This document shows positions 1 through 12,227 of a stretch of DNA of 64,000 bases, piece after piece. The DNA comes from Gammaproteobacteria bacterium. Its GTDB lineage: Bacteria; Pseudomonadota; Gammaproteobacteria; UBA4575. A model generated the notes under the pieces. It was given only the letters and a program-made list of their open reading frames with translations. It ran no database searches and had not been told where the DNA came from. The stretch covers positions 1,199,202 through 1,263,201 of the forward strand of contig OZ244046.1 of NCBI GenBank assembly GCA_965215055.1, written 5' to 3'. The translations under genes were made by a program, and so were the position numbers. Position 1 is the first letter of the stretch; each line of letters starts with the position of its first letter.

Positions 1-171
1 AAAAATAAGGGCTCACGCGGCCTGATTTAAGCGTAAACTCGCCAAATTGCAACACACCTTGCTGAATGGCGAATTGAATGAACTTCAAGCTGTTTTTCAT
101 ATAGTATCTCGCGGGTATCGCGTCTTCTGATATATCTCGTATCAACAAGATGTCCGTTACTAGGAGGCCTA

Positions 172-960
172 TTGTATTACACCGTGCGTATCATTACCCT
201 CAATGCAAACGGTATCCGTGCAGCGGCACGGAAGGGGTTTTTTGCATGGCTGAAAAAACAAAATGCCGACATGGTGTGCGTACAAGAAACCAAAGCGCAA
301 GTACATCAATTGCAGCGCGACGCGATTTTCTTCCCGGCAGCCTACCATTGCTATTATGTTGACGCTCTAAAAAAGGGGTACAGTGGCGTCGCCGTCTATA
401 GCAGGCACAAACCGCACAAGGTCATTCACGGCTACGGGGAGGATGAGTTCGATAAAGAGGGCCGTTATCTTGAGTTGCAGTTTGATGACTTTGCCCTAGT
501 CTCTTTATACGCCCCTTCAGGCACATCTAGTGAACAACGCCAGCAGGCCAAGTTCCGCTTCATGGACAGCTTTATGCGGCATTTGAAAAATATAAAACGC
601 CGGCGCAGAGAATACGTCATTTGTGGAGACTGGAATATCGCACACAAGAAAATCGATCTAAAAAACTGGCGTAGTAACCAAAAAAACTCTGGCTTCCTGC
701 CTGAAGAGCGCGCTTGGCTGGATATTTTGTTCAAAGATGTAGGCTATCTTGACGTCTTTCGTGAAATTGACCAAAGGGAGGAGCAGTATACTTGGTGGTC
801 AAATCGAGGCCAGGCTTGGGCTAAAAATGTTGGGTGGCGTATCGACTATCAAGTTGCCACACCTGGGTTGAAAGGAAAGCCGCAACGCGCCAGCATTTAT
901 AAAAAGGAACGTTTTTCAGACCATGCACCGCTCACCATTGACTATGATTTGACGATTTGA
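172..960 (+). CDS. xthA: exodeoxyribonuclease III (XthA-type AP endonuclease)
   Basis: The 262-aa ORF aligns along its whole length with E. coli XthA (QETK, FLPEEREW, SDHAP motifs). AGGAGG sits at 162-167. The start may be TTG at 172 or GTG at 182, and GTG 182 aligns with E. coli M1. Confidence 0.85.
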   Translation: MYYTVRIITLNANGIRAAARKGFFAWLKKQNADMVCVQETKAQVHQLQRDAIFFPAAYHCYYVDALKKGYSGVAVYSRHKPHKVIHGYGEDEFDKEGRYLELQFDDFALVSLYAPSGTSSEQRQQAKFRFMDSFMRHLKNIKRRRREYVICGDWNIAHKKIDLKNWRSNQKNSGFLPEERAWLDILFKDVGYLDVFREIDQREEQYTWWSNRGQAWAKNVGWRIDYQVATPGLKGKPQRASIYKKERFSDHAPLTIDYDLTI

Positions 961-2348
961 ACCCACACACAGAAAAAACCTCCTGGTCACAAGCGCTACA
1001 CGTCTACCTGAAGCCACGCGTAATCGCCATGTTGTTTCTCGGCTTTTCGGCAGGCTTGCCTTTGCTGTTGGTATTCGGAACCCTGTCTTTCTGGCTACGA
1101 AAAGAAGGAATAGATCGAGCCATGATCGGTTATATTTCCTGGGTTGCCATTCTTTATGGACTTAAATTTGTGTGGGCACCCCTGGTAGATCGCCTGCCAC
1201 TGCCCATATTGACGAAAACTCTGGGACACCGACGTAGCTGGATGTTGTTAGCACAAATTGGTGTCATCTGTGGCCTGTGGATGATGGCAACTAGCGATCC
1301 TGTAACCGAGCTGACAAGGTTGACGCTGTTCGCTTTGTTGGTTGCTTTTTCTTCCGCCACTCAGGATATCAGTATTGACGCTTGGCGAATCGAGGCGGCA
1401 CCAGATGCTCAGCAAGGAGCTATGGCGGGGATGTATCAGTTGGGTTATCGCCTTGGTTTAATCCTGTCCGGTGGAGGTGCATTCTTGATTGCCGGTAGCT
1501 TTTCATGGAGCACAGCGTATTTCATGATGGGATTGGCGATGTCCGTCGGCATCATTACAACTTTGCTGGTTATCGAACCTGAACGGCAGACCGCACAACA
1601 AACATGGTTGCAGGAAGATCGTGTGACCAAGTTTCTTCGGAACTCTTCCCATATACCCAAGAATATTCGTTATCTCGTCGCCTGGATGATCGGTGCGGTG
1701 GTATGTCCATTCACCGATTTTTTTGCGCGTAAGGGTATTACAGCCGCACTGGTGATTTTGATTTTTATCGGCTTATTTCGGATTAGCGATATTACTATGG
1801 GTGTGATGGCAGGGCCATTTTATGCAGATATGGGATACACTGAAACTCAAGTTGGCCTTGTCTCCAAAACTTTCGGTGTGTTCGTCACTATATTCGGTGC
1901 GCTTTTAGGTGGCATCCTTATCATGCGCTATGGCTTCATGCGCATGCTGGTCGTTGCAGCAGCCTTGGTTACGCTCACTAACCTGGTTTTTGCATGGCTC
2001 GCAACGCAAGAGCCGGAAACCTCGTTGCTAGCACTTGTAATTGCCGCGGATAACTTGAGCGCCGGTATCGCTGGTTCTACGTTTATCGCTTATCTGTCCA
2101 GTCTTACCAGCCGCGCTTATACGGCTACGCAATATGCCCTGTTCAGTTCGTTGATGTTATTACCTGCCAAGTTTATTGGCGGGTTTTCCGGGCAAATTGT
2201 GGATGGCTACGGTTATGTAAGTTTCTTTATCTACGCTAGCCTGCTTGGTGTGCCGGCCTTACTTCTCGCAATCTACATGCAGACAAGGTATACGAGCACT
2301 ACCAGACCAAACGAAACTGAAGATACTTATATGTCCTCTGTTAAATAG
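957..2348 (+). CDS. ampG: muropeptide permease AmpG (MFS transporter)
   Basis: 463-aa polytopic membrane protein. The N-terminal LGFSAGLPLLL...KFVWAPLVDR signature is typical of AmpG. Its start overlaps the xthA stop by 4 nt. Confidence 0.8.
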   Translation: MNPHTEKTSWSQALHVYLKPRVIAMLFLGFSAGLPLLLVFGTLSFWLRKEGIDRAMIGYISWVAILYGLKFVWAPLVDRLPLPILTKTLGHRRSWMLLAQIGVICGLWMMATSDPVTELTRLTLFALLVAFSSATQDISIDAWRIEAAPDAQQGAMAGMYQLGYRLGLILSGGGAFLIAGSFSWSTAYFMMGLAMSVGIITTLLVIEPERQTAQQTWLQEDRVTKFLRNSSHIPKNIRYLVAWMIGAVVCPFTDFFARKGITAALVILIFIGLFRISDITMGVMAGPFYADMGYTETQVGLVSKTFGVFVTIFGALLGGILIMRYGFMRMLVVAAALVTLTNLVFAWLATQEPETSLLALVIAADNLSAGIAGSTFIAYLSSLTSRAYTATQYALFSSLMLLPAKFIGGFSGQIVDGYGYVSFFIYASLLGVPALLLAIYMQTRYTSTTRPNETEDTYMSSVK

Positions 2349-2422
2349 TATCAAGGGATAGATTTCCAATAACATTCCATTTTCTTTTGATCCAGCTTGC
2401 GAGATAACGCAGTTTGTTTGGT

Positions 2423-3061
2423 TCAGGGCTGGCTGCGCTTGCTTTTCACCCATTTTATGATGGGTTGCCACTGTTCACGGTCCACAGCGGTGGCAGAAGG
2501 CGCCATCTCAAAAATTCCCAAGCCTCGTTGTGCCGCCCGGATATAATGCTGGCTATCCCGTAACATGGTTAAAAATGGTATACGCTGTTTGCTCAGAAAA
2601 TCGTCCAGCTCCCAATAAATGTTAGTGAAGTCACGCGAACGATTAGCTACTAGAGCAAGTTTGACCCTTTTATTTTGCGCCGGTGCAGATTTTTTAATTT
2701 CAATAATAAAATCACTTGCCGCGCGCATATCTAATGGTGAAGGTAATACGGGAATTAGAACGGTTTGCGCCCTTCTCATCATTTTGCTTAATGCGCCGCC
2801 TCGCAATCCTGCCGGGGGATCGATAATCACATAATCGGTGTTGCGGCCAGGTTGCTTGCCCGTTGCGGCATAAGCGGCAATACCTCGAATCGGAGGACGC
2901 GCCGGAGAGCGCGCATTCAGCCATGCCATACTGCTGCCTTGTGGGTCGCGGTCTATCAAAACGACTTTGTTGCCTTGAGTTGCAAAGTATGATGCTAAAT
3001 TGGTGGCAATCGTAGTTTTACCTGAACCGCCTTTGGAATTTAGTATTATAATGCTGCGCAT
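2423..3061 (-). CDS. small orphan ParA/MinD-family P-loop ATPase (ParF-like)
   Basis: Deviant Walker A KGGSGKTT near the N-terminus, then DRDPQGS, at ParF-like length (~212 aa). Start taken at the internal Met (MRSIIILNSKGG) rather than the ORF-track start at 3091. No adjacent partner gene. Confidence 0.7.
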   Translation of the reverse strand: MRSIIILNSKGGSGKTTIATNLASYFATQGNKVVLIDRDPQGSSMAWLNARSPARPPIRGIAAYAATGKQPGRNTDYVIIDPPAGLRGGALSKMMRRAQTVLIPVLPSPLDMRAASDFIIEIKKSAPAQNKRVKLALVANRSRDFTNIYWELDDFLSKQRIPFLTMLRDSQHYIRAAQRGLGIFEMAPSATAVDREQWQPIIKWVKSKRSQP

Positions 3062-3330
3062 TTCATTCCTCCTCATTACTTGTTTAGCCAAGTTCCCCTG
3101 ACTTTAAGGCAACGCCGAACTTGAGTGTTTTTCAGATAGCTGAAGTGACATGATCCAAGGCGGCTTCACTATTTTAGACTAAGTGTTTGCTTTGCGGGTA
3201 TGGTTATTACTTATCATTTATCTCTCTGCAGAAGCAGTTGATTCAACTTCAGTTATTTTGATTAAAGAAACAACTATCTTGCATAATCAAGGATTTTAAC
3301 AACTTTTAGAGACAAATTCGCATATTTTAG

Positions 3331-4095
3331 CTACAAGAACTCTGCGATGACCGGCGTATGATCGGAGGGTCGCTTATTTTTGCGTGGTACTTTATCAATG
3401 CCGCTGAAACTACATCTCGCCTGCAGCGGTCTACTCGCCAAAATTAGGTCAATTCGCAATCCCATATTGCGTCGAAAGGCGGCCGCACGATAATCCCACC
3501 AACTAAAACTGTTTTCTTTCTGCTCAAATAACCGAAACGTATCAACGAAGCCCAAATTTAATATAGCTTTCAAGGCTTTACGCTCTTTGCTGCTACATAA
3601 AATTTTTTCCTCCCAGGCTATCGGATCATGCACATCTTGATCCTCAGGAGCAATGTTAAAATCTCCCAGCACGATGTATTTCGGGTATTTTTCAAGGTCT
3701 TTTTTAATGAAAGCGGTTACTTTCTTGAGCCAGTCCAGCTTGTATGTATATTTTTCGGACCCTACTTCCGAACCGTTCACGACATATAGGTTTAATATCC
3801 GCACGTCGGATACAGTAACCGCAAGAATTCGCCGCTGCGAGTCATCCAACCCCTCAATATTAACAAGTGTATCGCCGGCTGTTCGCTTTGATAGAGTCGC
3901 AACCCCGTTATAGGTGTTTTGCCCGCTGTACTCGCCATGATAGCCTCTCTGAGCAATTTCGGCTATCGGAAATTTTTCATCAACTACCTTGGTTTCTTGC
4001 AGCGCAAGCACATCTACGGGATTGGCATCAAGCCATTCCAAAACTTGCGGAAGGCGAACACGTAATGAATTTACATTCCATGAAGCTATTTTCAT
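3331..4095 (-). CDS. exodeoxyribonuclease III family protein (second ExoIII/Ape-type paralogue)
   Basis: 254 aa. MKIASWNVNSLRVR...LALQETK...GDFNIAP...SDHTPV are ExoIII/EEP-fold motifs. The protein is clearly diverged from the xthA copy at 172-960. Confidence 0.8.
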   Translation of the reverse strand: MKIASWNVNSLRVRLPQVLEWLDANPVDVLALQETKVVDEKFPIAEIAQRGYHGEYSGQNTYNGVATLSKRTAGDTLVNIEGLDDSQRRILAVTVSDVRILNLYVVNGSEVGSEKYTYKLDWLKKVTAFIKKDLEKYPKYIVLGDFNIAPEDQDVHDPIAWEEKILCSSKERKALKAILNLGFVDTFRLFEQKENSFSWWDYRAAAFRRNMGLRIDLILASRPLQARCSFSGIDKVPRKNKRPSDHTPVIAEFL

Positions 4096-4294
4096 GTCTT
4101 GGCCGGCCTAAACAGCGTTTAAGGACGTTCTTTTAGTATGAATGTATCGTCAACGGCTATCAAACCCGATTAAATACATTTGAGATTCAGGAAGTATCCG
4201 GAAATTCAGATATCAAGCTTTATAGCCAGAGATCGAACACTTTGCTCTGGGACGGAAAGCATTATGTACGGTATACTGGAATATAATAATTGTA

Positions 4295-6751
<2,457 letters not shown>

Positions 6752-6756
6752 TTACC

Positions 6757-6772
6757 TGTTTCACGTGAAACG
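6757..6772. promoter_or_regulatory. parS-like centromere site TGTTTCACGTGAAACG
   Basis: Palindromic 16-mer matching the consensus parS TGTTTCACGTGAAACA at 15 of 16 positions. It lies in the gyrB-dnaN intergenic spacer. Confidence 0.6.
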
Positions 6773-6898
6773 TTTTGCTTAGCTAACTTTCTTCATCAAG
6801 ACTAATATGTCGCTATATGCTGGGAAAATGGACACATCTTCTTAAATTTTTCCCTATCTTGTCCCATTCCCTTTGTTTCTAAAAAGAAATGAACCAAG

Positions 6899-8008
6899 TC
6901 ACAAACGCATAGGCATTATAACATATCGGCTTCCTTGCTCACCTGATGATTCATCAGGAAGAATTAAGGCGCTACTGCTCGCATCCTTTATGAAAATCTT
7001 TACTGCTTCAGATTCCAGTACGTTCAGCACGTCTATTAGATAGGTAACATTGAACCCAACTTCAAGCTTCTCACCTTTGTAATCAATCTCTATTTCCTCT
7101 TCTGCCTCTTCGTGCTCTGGATTATGCGTCTGAATTAGCATTATACCGTCATCCAAAGTAAGCCGGACACCCTTATACTTGTCATTGGAAAGAATTGAAA
7201 CTCTCGCAAGGGCTTGCTTAAAAATATCTTTCTGTATCACTACACAATTACCTTCTTCGTTTGGCAATACACGTTGATATTCCGGAAAACGTCCATCAAT
7301 CAGTTTTGAAGTAAGCCGAAAGTCAGAAAGAGAAACTTGAAGATGGTCCTTTCCCAGTGACACCATAATCTGATCATCCTCGTAGGCTAACAGGTGCTGT
7401 ATTTCTTGTATGCCTTTGCGTGGTACAATAATCTGCCTTGCTTCACTTAGGTCCGATGAGTGATCAATCTGAGATAAGGCAAGGCGATGTCCATCCGTAG
7501 CAACTGTTTTTATCCGTTGTTTATCTACTTCCAGCAACAAACCATTTAGATAGTAACGAACATCTTGTTGTGCTATAGCAAATGCTGTCTTCTCTATCAG
7601 ATTATGCAACTCTCTTTGAGAGACTGATATAGATTCATCTAATTTTATATCTTCAATAATTGGAAAATCTTCAGCAGGTAACGCCGCAAGTGAAAAGCGG
7701 CTCCGCTTTGAACTGATCTTTATTTTCTCATTGCTGGCTTCGATTTCGATCTGTGCTTGTTCCGGCAACGAGCGACAAATATCCAGTAACTTGCGAGCTG
7801 GAATAGTTGCACTATCATCACTTTGAAGTTCAACTTTCAAGTTGGAGACAAGTTCAACTTCCAAATCTGTTGCTGTTATGGAAAGGTTTCCCTCACTTCC
7901 TTTAAAAAGTAAATTATTTAAAATCGGTATAGTTTGTCTTCGCTCTACCACGCCGCTGATTTGTTGTAAGGGAGCTAATATATCCTCACGTTTAATTGAT
8001 AATTGCAT
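6899..8008 (-). CDS. dnaN: DNA polymerase III beta sliding clamp
   Basis: 369 aa, three-domain clamp. The conserved C-terminus ends ...MPMRL. Confidence 0.95.
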   Translation of the reverse strand: MQLSIKREDILAPLQQISGVVERRQTIPILNNLLFKGSEGNLSITATDLEVELVSNLKVELQSDDSATIPARKLLDICRSLPEQAQIEIEASNEKIKISSKRSRFSLAALPAEDFPIIEDIKLDESISVSQRELHNLIEKTAFAIAQQDVRYYLNGLLLEVDKQRIKTVATDGHRLALSQIDHSSDLSEARQIIVPRKGIQEIQHLLAYEDDQIMVSLGKDHLQVSLSDFRLTSKLIDGRFPEYQRVLPNEEGNCVVIQKDIFKQALARVSILSNDKYKGVRLTLDDGIMLIQTHNPEHEEAEEEIEIDYKGEKLEVGFNVTYLIDVLNVLESEAVKIFIKDASSSALILPDESSGEQGSRYVIMPMRL

Positions 8009-8042
8009 AGGTACTATTTACTGTTATTAGTTGGAAAAGATT

Positions 8043-8051
8043 TTGTGGAAA
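8043..8051 (-). promoter_or_regulatory. DnaA-box-like 9-mer (TTTTCCACA on the minus strand)
   Basis: One mismatch to TTATCCACA. Located in the unusually long AT-rich dnaA-dnaN spacer (8009-8199). Confidence 0.3.
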
Positions 8052-8199
8052 ACTTGGATATTTCCCATTTAATCAATGAGTTAAATAAAACTAATCGTGG
8101 TGAAATGCTTGTTTCTTTTACAATTATCGGGGAGTAACTTGTAATTTAATAATTGCTTGTACTTTTATTACTTGTTTATCGCTCGTTACTCACAGCTTA

Positions 8200-9549
8200 T
8201 TAACTGCTCAGTTTACGCAGTAAATTAGTGTAGTCATCACTAATGTTTATGTCATTCTTGCGTAAGCTGTCAATCTTCTTACGGGCATGTAGTACTGTCG
8301 TGTGGTCACGCCCCCCAAATGCATCTCCGATTTCGGGTAAACTATGATTTGTTAATTCCTTGGCTAATGACATAGCTATTTGTCGCGGCCGTGCAATGGA
8401 GCGACTCCGTCTCGCGGATAGCAAGTCAGAAACTCGTAGATTATAGTACTCAGCTACGGCCTTTTGAATATTATCGATGGAAATAAGTTTGTTCTGTAGA
8501 GCAAAAAGGTCATGTAGAGTATTCTTAACAAAATCGAGAGTGATCGTGGAGCCAGTAAATCGAGCATTGGCAACTACTCTACGCAAGGCGCCTTCTAGTT
8601 CTCGGATATTAGACCGAATCTGTTTGCCTATGAGAAAAGCTACTTCCGTCGGCAGGTCCACGTTTAGTAGTTTTGCTTTGCTTTGTATAATAGCAACACG
8701 TGTTTCTAGTTCGGGTGGCTCTATGGCTTGTGTTAAACCCCAGCTAAAGCGTGACTTCAACCTCTCTTCCAAGCCGCTTACTTCTTTTGGGTAGCGATCA
8801 CAAGTCAGAATAACTTGTCGTTGTCCCTCCAGTAGTCTATTGAAAGTATGAAAAAACTCCTCTTGGGAGCGGGTCTTACCTGCAAAAAACTGGATGTCGT
8901 CGATTAACAGGGTATCTATGGAGCGATAATAATGTTTGAATTCACGGATAGTGTTGTGTTGTAGGGCATTTACCATGTCGGCAACAAACCGCTCGGAATG
9001 TAAGTAAACGATCTTTGTAGAAGGATGTTTTCCCCGTATGTAATTGCCGATTGCATGTAATAGGTGAGTCTTGCCTAAACCCACTCCTCCATAGATTAAA
9101 AGTGGGTTATAAGCTTCTCCAGGGTGGCTAGCTACTTGCATCGCAGCCGCTTTTGACAGTTGGTTTGATTTACCTTCGACGAAGGTATCAAAAGTGAATC
9201 TCGGACTGAGATTACAAGGGATTTCATTAGGTTTTGCTAAGATACTTTTGGTTGGGTAGGTGTCTCCTGTTACTCTAGAAGGTGAGGGATTGTATTCATT
9301 ACTCCCGATCTCCAATGTGACATGATTGGTTCCGGGTTCCCCGTTTGTCATGTGGACGAATTCATTAATGCGATGTAAGAAATGGCTGTATACCCAATTT
9401 AGCACAAAGCGGTTGGGTGCAAGCAATGTTAGCTTACCTTTATGTTCTACTGCGTGTAGTGGGCGGATCCAGGTGTTAAGCTGTTGCTCGGACAGTTCTG
9501 ATTCGAGTTGATGTACACATGCTTTCCAAAGAGTAGGGGAGCTGGTCAT
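8200..9549 (-). CDS. dnaA: chromosomal replication initiator DnaA
   Basis: 449 aa. AAA+ Walker [12 protein letters not shown], sensor motifs and the C-terminal DNA-binding domain ([14 protein letters not shown]...). Confidence 0.97.
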   Translation of the reverse strand: MTSSPTLWKACVHQLESELSEQQLNTWIRPLHAVEHKGKLTLLAPNRFVLNWVYSHFLHRINEFVHMTNGEPGTNHVTLEIGSNEYNPSPSRVTGDTYPTKSILAKPNEIPCNLSPRFTFDTFVEGKSNQLSKAAAMQVASHPGEAYNPLLIYGGVGLGKTHLLHAIGNYIRGKHPSTKIVYLHSERFVADMVNALQHNTIREFKHYYRSIDTLLIDDIQFFAGKTRSQEEFFHTFNRLLEGQRQVILTCDRYPKEVSGLEERLKSRFSWGLTQAIEPPELETRVAIIQSKAKLLNVDLPTEVAFLIGKQIRSNIRELEGALRRVVANARFTGSTITLDFVKNTLHDLFALQNKLISIDNIQKAVAEYYNLRVSDLLSARRSRSIARPRQIAMSLAKELTNHSLPEIGDAFGGRDHTTVLHARKKIDSLRKNDINISDDYTNLLRKLSS

Positions 9550-9745
9550 GCTTCAAAATTCAGTTTGCTTCGAGTAGCTTGAAGGTAGAATATGGAGAGG
9601 GCTAGTGTATCTACTAACGAAACGAGTATCTATTATTTTTAACCTCTCCTTTGAAAATAAATTATTGACAAAGACAGGAAGCAGAACTATTTTTGTGCAC
9701 CTTATCAGGATGTCATCTTAAGTACCCAATGTTAGAGGTAGATTT
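9550..9745. promoter_or_regulatory. candidate oriC / dnaA promoter region (rpmH-dnaA spacer)
   Basis: AT-rich 196-bp spacer in the position where oriC sits in Pseudomonas-type origins. Contains GTATCTATTATTTTT (9626-9640), which resembles the E. coli DUE 13-mer GATCTnTTnTTTT, and a weak DnaA-box-like TTATCAGGA (9702-9710). No strong consensus DnaA boxes were seen. Confidence 0.35.
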
Positions 9746-9880
9746 GTGAAGCGCACGTATCAGCCCAGTAACATAAAGCGCGCCCGCGCGCATGGATTCA
9801 GGGCAAGAATGAGAACGAAAAGTGGCCGCGCGATAATCAAGGCTCGCCGCGCACGTGGCCGCGCGCGGATATGCTCATAA
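9746..9880 (+). CDS. rpmH: 50S ribosomal protein L34
   Basis: GTG start, 44 aa [44 protein letters not shown]. Absent from the ORF track because it is under 60 aa. Confidence 0.9.
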   Translation: MKRTYQPSNIKRARAHGFRARMRTKSGRAIIKARRARGRARICS

Positions 9881-9883
9881 TTT

Positions 9884-10237
9884 TTGTCTGTAGATAATCA
9901 CCTATTTACCTACCGTGAAAGGCTGCACACTGCGGGCCAATTCCAACGGGTCTTTGATCAATCTACAAGAGTTGGTAACGAAAAATTCGCAGTGTTATCT
10001 AGGGAAAATGCAATTCTTTATCCACGTATAGGAATAGTAATTGCAAAACGTAACGTGAAACGGGCAGTCGACCGGAACCTGATAAAAAGAATTATCAGAG
10101 AAAGCTTTCGTCTATACAAAGCGCAACTGCCGGCGAGGGATTTTGTAGTAATTGTGAGACGATCCGCTACAGCTGTGCAACGCGATGAATTAAGACGACA
10201 GATAACGAAGCTCTGGGAAGTGCTTACCATAACGTGA
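9884..10237 (+). CDS. rnpA: ribonuclease P protein component
   Basis: 117 aa basic protein directly downstream of rpmH, in the conserved rpmH-rnpA-yidD-yidC order. Confidence 0.9.
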   Translation: MSVDNHLFTYRERLHTAGQFQRVFDQSTRVGNEKFAVLSRENAILYPRIGIVIAKRNVKRAVDRNLIKRIIRESFRLYKAQLPARDFVVIVRRSATAVQRDELRRQITKLWEVLTIT

Positions 10238-10461
10238 ACTTAGCTATCACCAAACTAGCTGTTGGGATCATCAAGATGTACTGCTTAGTCTTGAGCCCAT
10301 GGCTAGGCTATCACTGTCGGTTCCACCCTTCCTGTTCTAAGTACGCCATTGAAGCTATACAGTTGCATGGTGTATACCAAGGAGGCTGGTTAGCAATAAA
10401 GCGTCTCTCTCGCTGTCATCCCTGGCATGAGGGTGGTGTGGACCCAGTGCCGAAAGAGTAA
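10234..10461 (+). CDS. yidD: membrane protein insertion efficiency factor YidD
   Basis: 75 aa with the SPWLGYHCRFHPSCSKYA...RLSRCHPWHEGGVDPVP motifs. Overlaps rnpA by 4 nt. Confidence 0.85.
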   Translation: MNLAITKLAVGIIKMYCLVLSPWLGYHCRFHPSCSKYAIEAIQLHGVYQGGWLAIKRLSRCHPWHEGGVDPVPKE

Positions 10462-10466
10462 GTGTC

Positions 10467-12137
10467 ATGGACAACCAGAGGTTTTTCTTATATTTGGCAT
10501 TGGCATTTGTGCTGTATATGATCTGGCTGACTTGGCAGAGAGAACAGGGACCACAGCCCTTACCGCCACAACAGGATGAACAGCACGAGATTGTTGATGA
10601 AGGCGCGATAACGACGAGCACTGCAGACCTTCCAGACCCTGCAAAATCCGTGAGTGTTGAGCCAGCAACAGAAACGGAAGTAGCGAGAGGTCGGCAAATA
10701 CGTGTCAGGACAGATGTGCTAAATGTCATCATCGACACGCGTGGAGGCGACATTCGACAGTTGGATTTGCCAACTTATCCGGTTTCTCTGAAAAAACGCG
10801 ATCAACCCTTCCGATTATTACATAGCGATGACCGTATCTACATCGCGCAATCAGGGTTACTACATGACAGAATTAATGGCAGGCAAGTTGAAGGTTCTTT
10901 AGCGCCCACACACCATGACGTGTATACGGCGGAGGTTGACAGGTATGTATTGGAAGATGGGCAAGACAGCATGGAGGTCAAGCTTATCTGGTCTGGTGAT
11001 AATGAAATTCGAGTAGAAAAGATATTCACTTTTTATCGTGACTCGTTTGTTTTTGACGTGACGCATCGTGTAATCAATCGAGGAAGGGCAACGTGGATTG
11101 GTCGCCAATATCAACAACTTAGACATAGCTCTATTTCCGAAAACCGAAGCTGGTTGCGTTTACCAACGTATACTGGCACTGCTTATTATGATGGCGCTTA
11201 TCACAAACATTCCTTTGATGATGTTGACGAAAAGCCGATTAACATGCGCGTGACAGGTGGTTGGGTAGCCATGCTGCAGCATTATTTTGTTTCGGCCTGG
11301 GTCCCCGATACCGAGGAAGAGAATCTTTTTTACAGTAAGAGAGTCAAAGCGGGCGGTGAACAACAATACTTAATCGGCATGCGATCACCGGAAAAGGTCA
11401 TATCACCTGATAGCAGTGCAGAATTCACTAGGCGATTGTATGCTGGCCCTAAGTTACAACACAGAATGAAAGAGGTTACGGCAGGGTTGGATCTTAGTGT
11501 GGATTACGGCATGTTTTCAGTGCTATCAAAGCCCTTGTTCTGGCTGTTAGAGTGGTTTTACAGACTAGTAGGAAACTGGGGTTTTGCGATCATCCTTGTC
11601 ACCATGGTCGTTAAGCTGGTGTTTTATAAACTGTCGGAAGCCAGCTATAAGTCAATGGCTCGTATGCGCAAGATTCAGCCTAGATTTCAGGCTTTGCGCG
11701 AACGCTATGCAGGCGATAAACAAAAACTGAATCAGGCAGTAATGCAGATGTATAAAAAAGAAAAAATAAATCCACTTGGCGGATGTTTGCCGATTCTGGT
11801 GCAAATGCCTGTATTTCTAGCATTATACTGGGTGTTGGTAGAAAGTGTCGAACTGCGACAAGCACCATTTATATTATGGATTAATGACTTATCTATTCGA
11901 GATCCGATTTTCGTGCTACCACTGCTGATGGGTATCAGCATGTATGTCCAATTTAAATTAAGCCCAACGCCACCTGATCCAATGCAAGCTAAAATATTTG
12001 CCATGATGCCCATCATGATGACTGCTTTTATGGCGTTTTTCCCAGCCGGACTAGTATTGTATTGGCTGATGAATAATATTTTGTCCATTGCACAACAGTA
12101 CGTAATCACGAAACGCATTGAAAAAGCCGCGTATTGA
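10467..12137 (+). CDS. yidC: membrane protein insertase YidC
   Basis: 556 aa. N-terminal TM segment, large periplasmic domain, and a C-terminal 5-TM Oxa1-like core (GCLPILVQMPVFLALY). Confidence 0.95.
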   Translation: MDNQRFFLYLALAFVLYMIWLTWQREQGPQPLPPQQDEQHEIVDEGAITTSTADLPDPAKSVSVEPATETEVARGRQIRVRTDVLNVIIDTRGGDIRQLDLPTYPVSLKKRDQPFRLLHSDDRIYIAQSGLLHDRINGRQVEGSLAPTHHDVYTAEVDRYVLEDGQDSMEVKLIWSGDNEIRVEKIFTFYRDSFVFDVTHRVINRGRATWIGRQYQQLRHSSISENRSWLRLPTYTGTAYYDGAYHKHSFDDVDEKPINMRVTGGWVAMLQHYFVSAWVPDTEEENLFYSKRVKAGGEQQYLIGMRSPEKVISPDSSAEFTRRLYAGPKLQHRMKEVTAGLDLSVDYGMFSVLSKPLFWLLEWFYRLVGNWGFAIILVTMVVKLVFYKLSEASYKSMARMRKIQPRFQALRERYAGDKQKLNQAVMQMYKKEKINPLGGCLPILVQMPVFLALYWVLVESVELRQAPFILWINDLSIRDPIFVLPLLMGISMYVQFKLSPTPPDPMQAKIFAMMPIMMTAFMAFFPAGLVLYWLMNNILSIAQQYVITKRIEKAAY

Positions 12138-12227
12138 TTGCGCTTGGCCCGTTTGAAAGGCGCATGCCTTACGAAGGTTTTTAAGCAACTCAGCACATTG
12201 AAGCAGCAGGAAGAACCTATCTGTGCA

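Noticed and set aside
10036-10051. Second parS-like site AACGTAACGTGAAACG inside rnpA
   Set aside because: Only the right half-site matches, and the left half is not palindromic.
10355-10753. 132-aa minus-strand ORF across the yidD/yidC junction
   Set aside because: It overlaps two conserved genes. Its Cys/Ser-rich translation is an artefact of the opposite frame.
12138-12227. N-terminal extension of mnmE (ORF-track start at 12138)
   Set aside because: MnmE homologues begin at the MATPPGRGA…IVRLSG motif. The upstream 30 codons overlap the yidC 3' end and have no homologue support.
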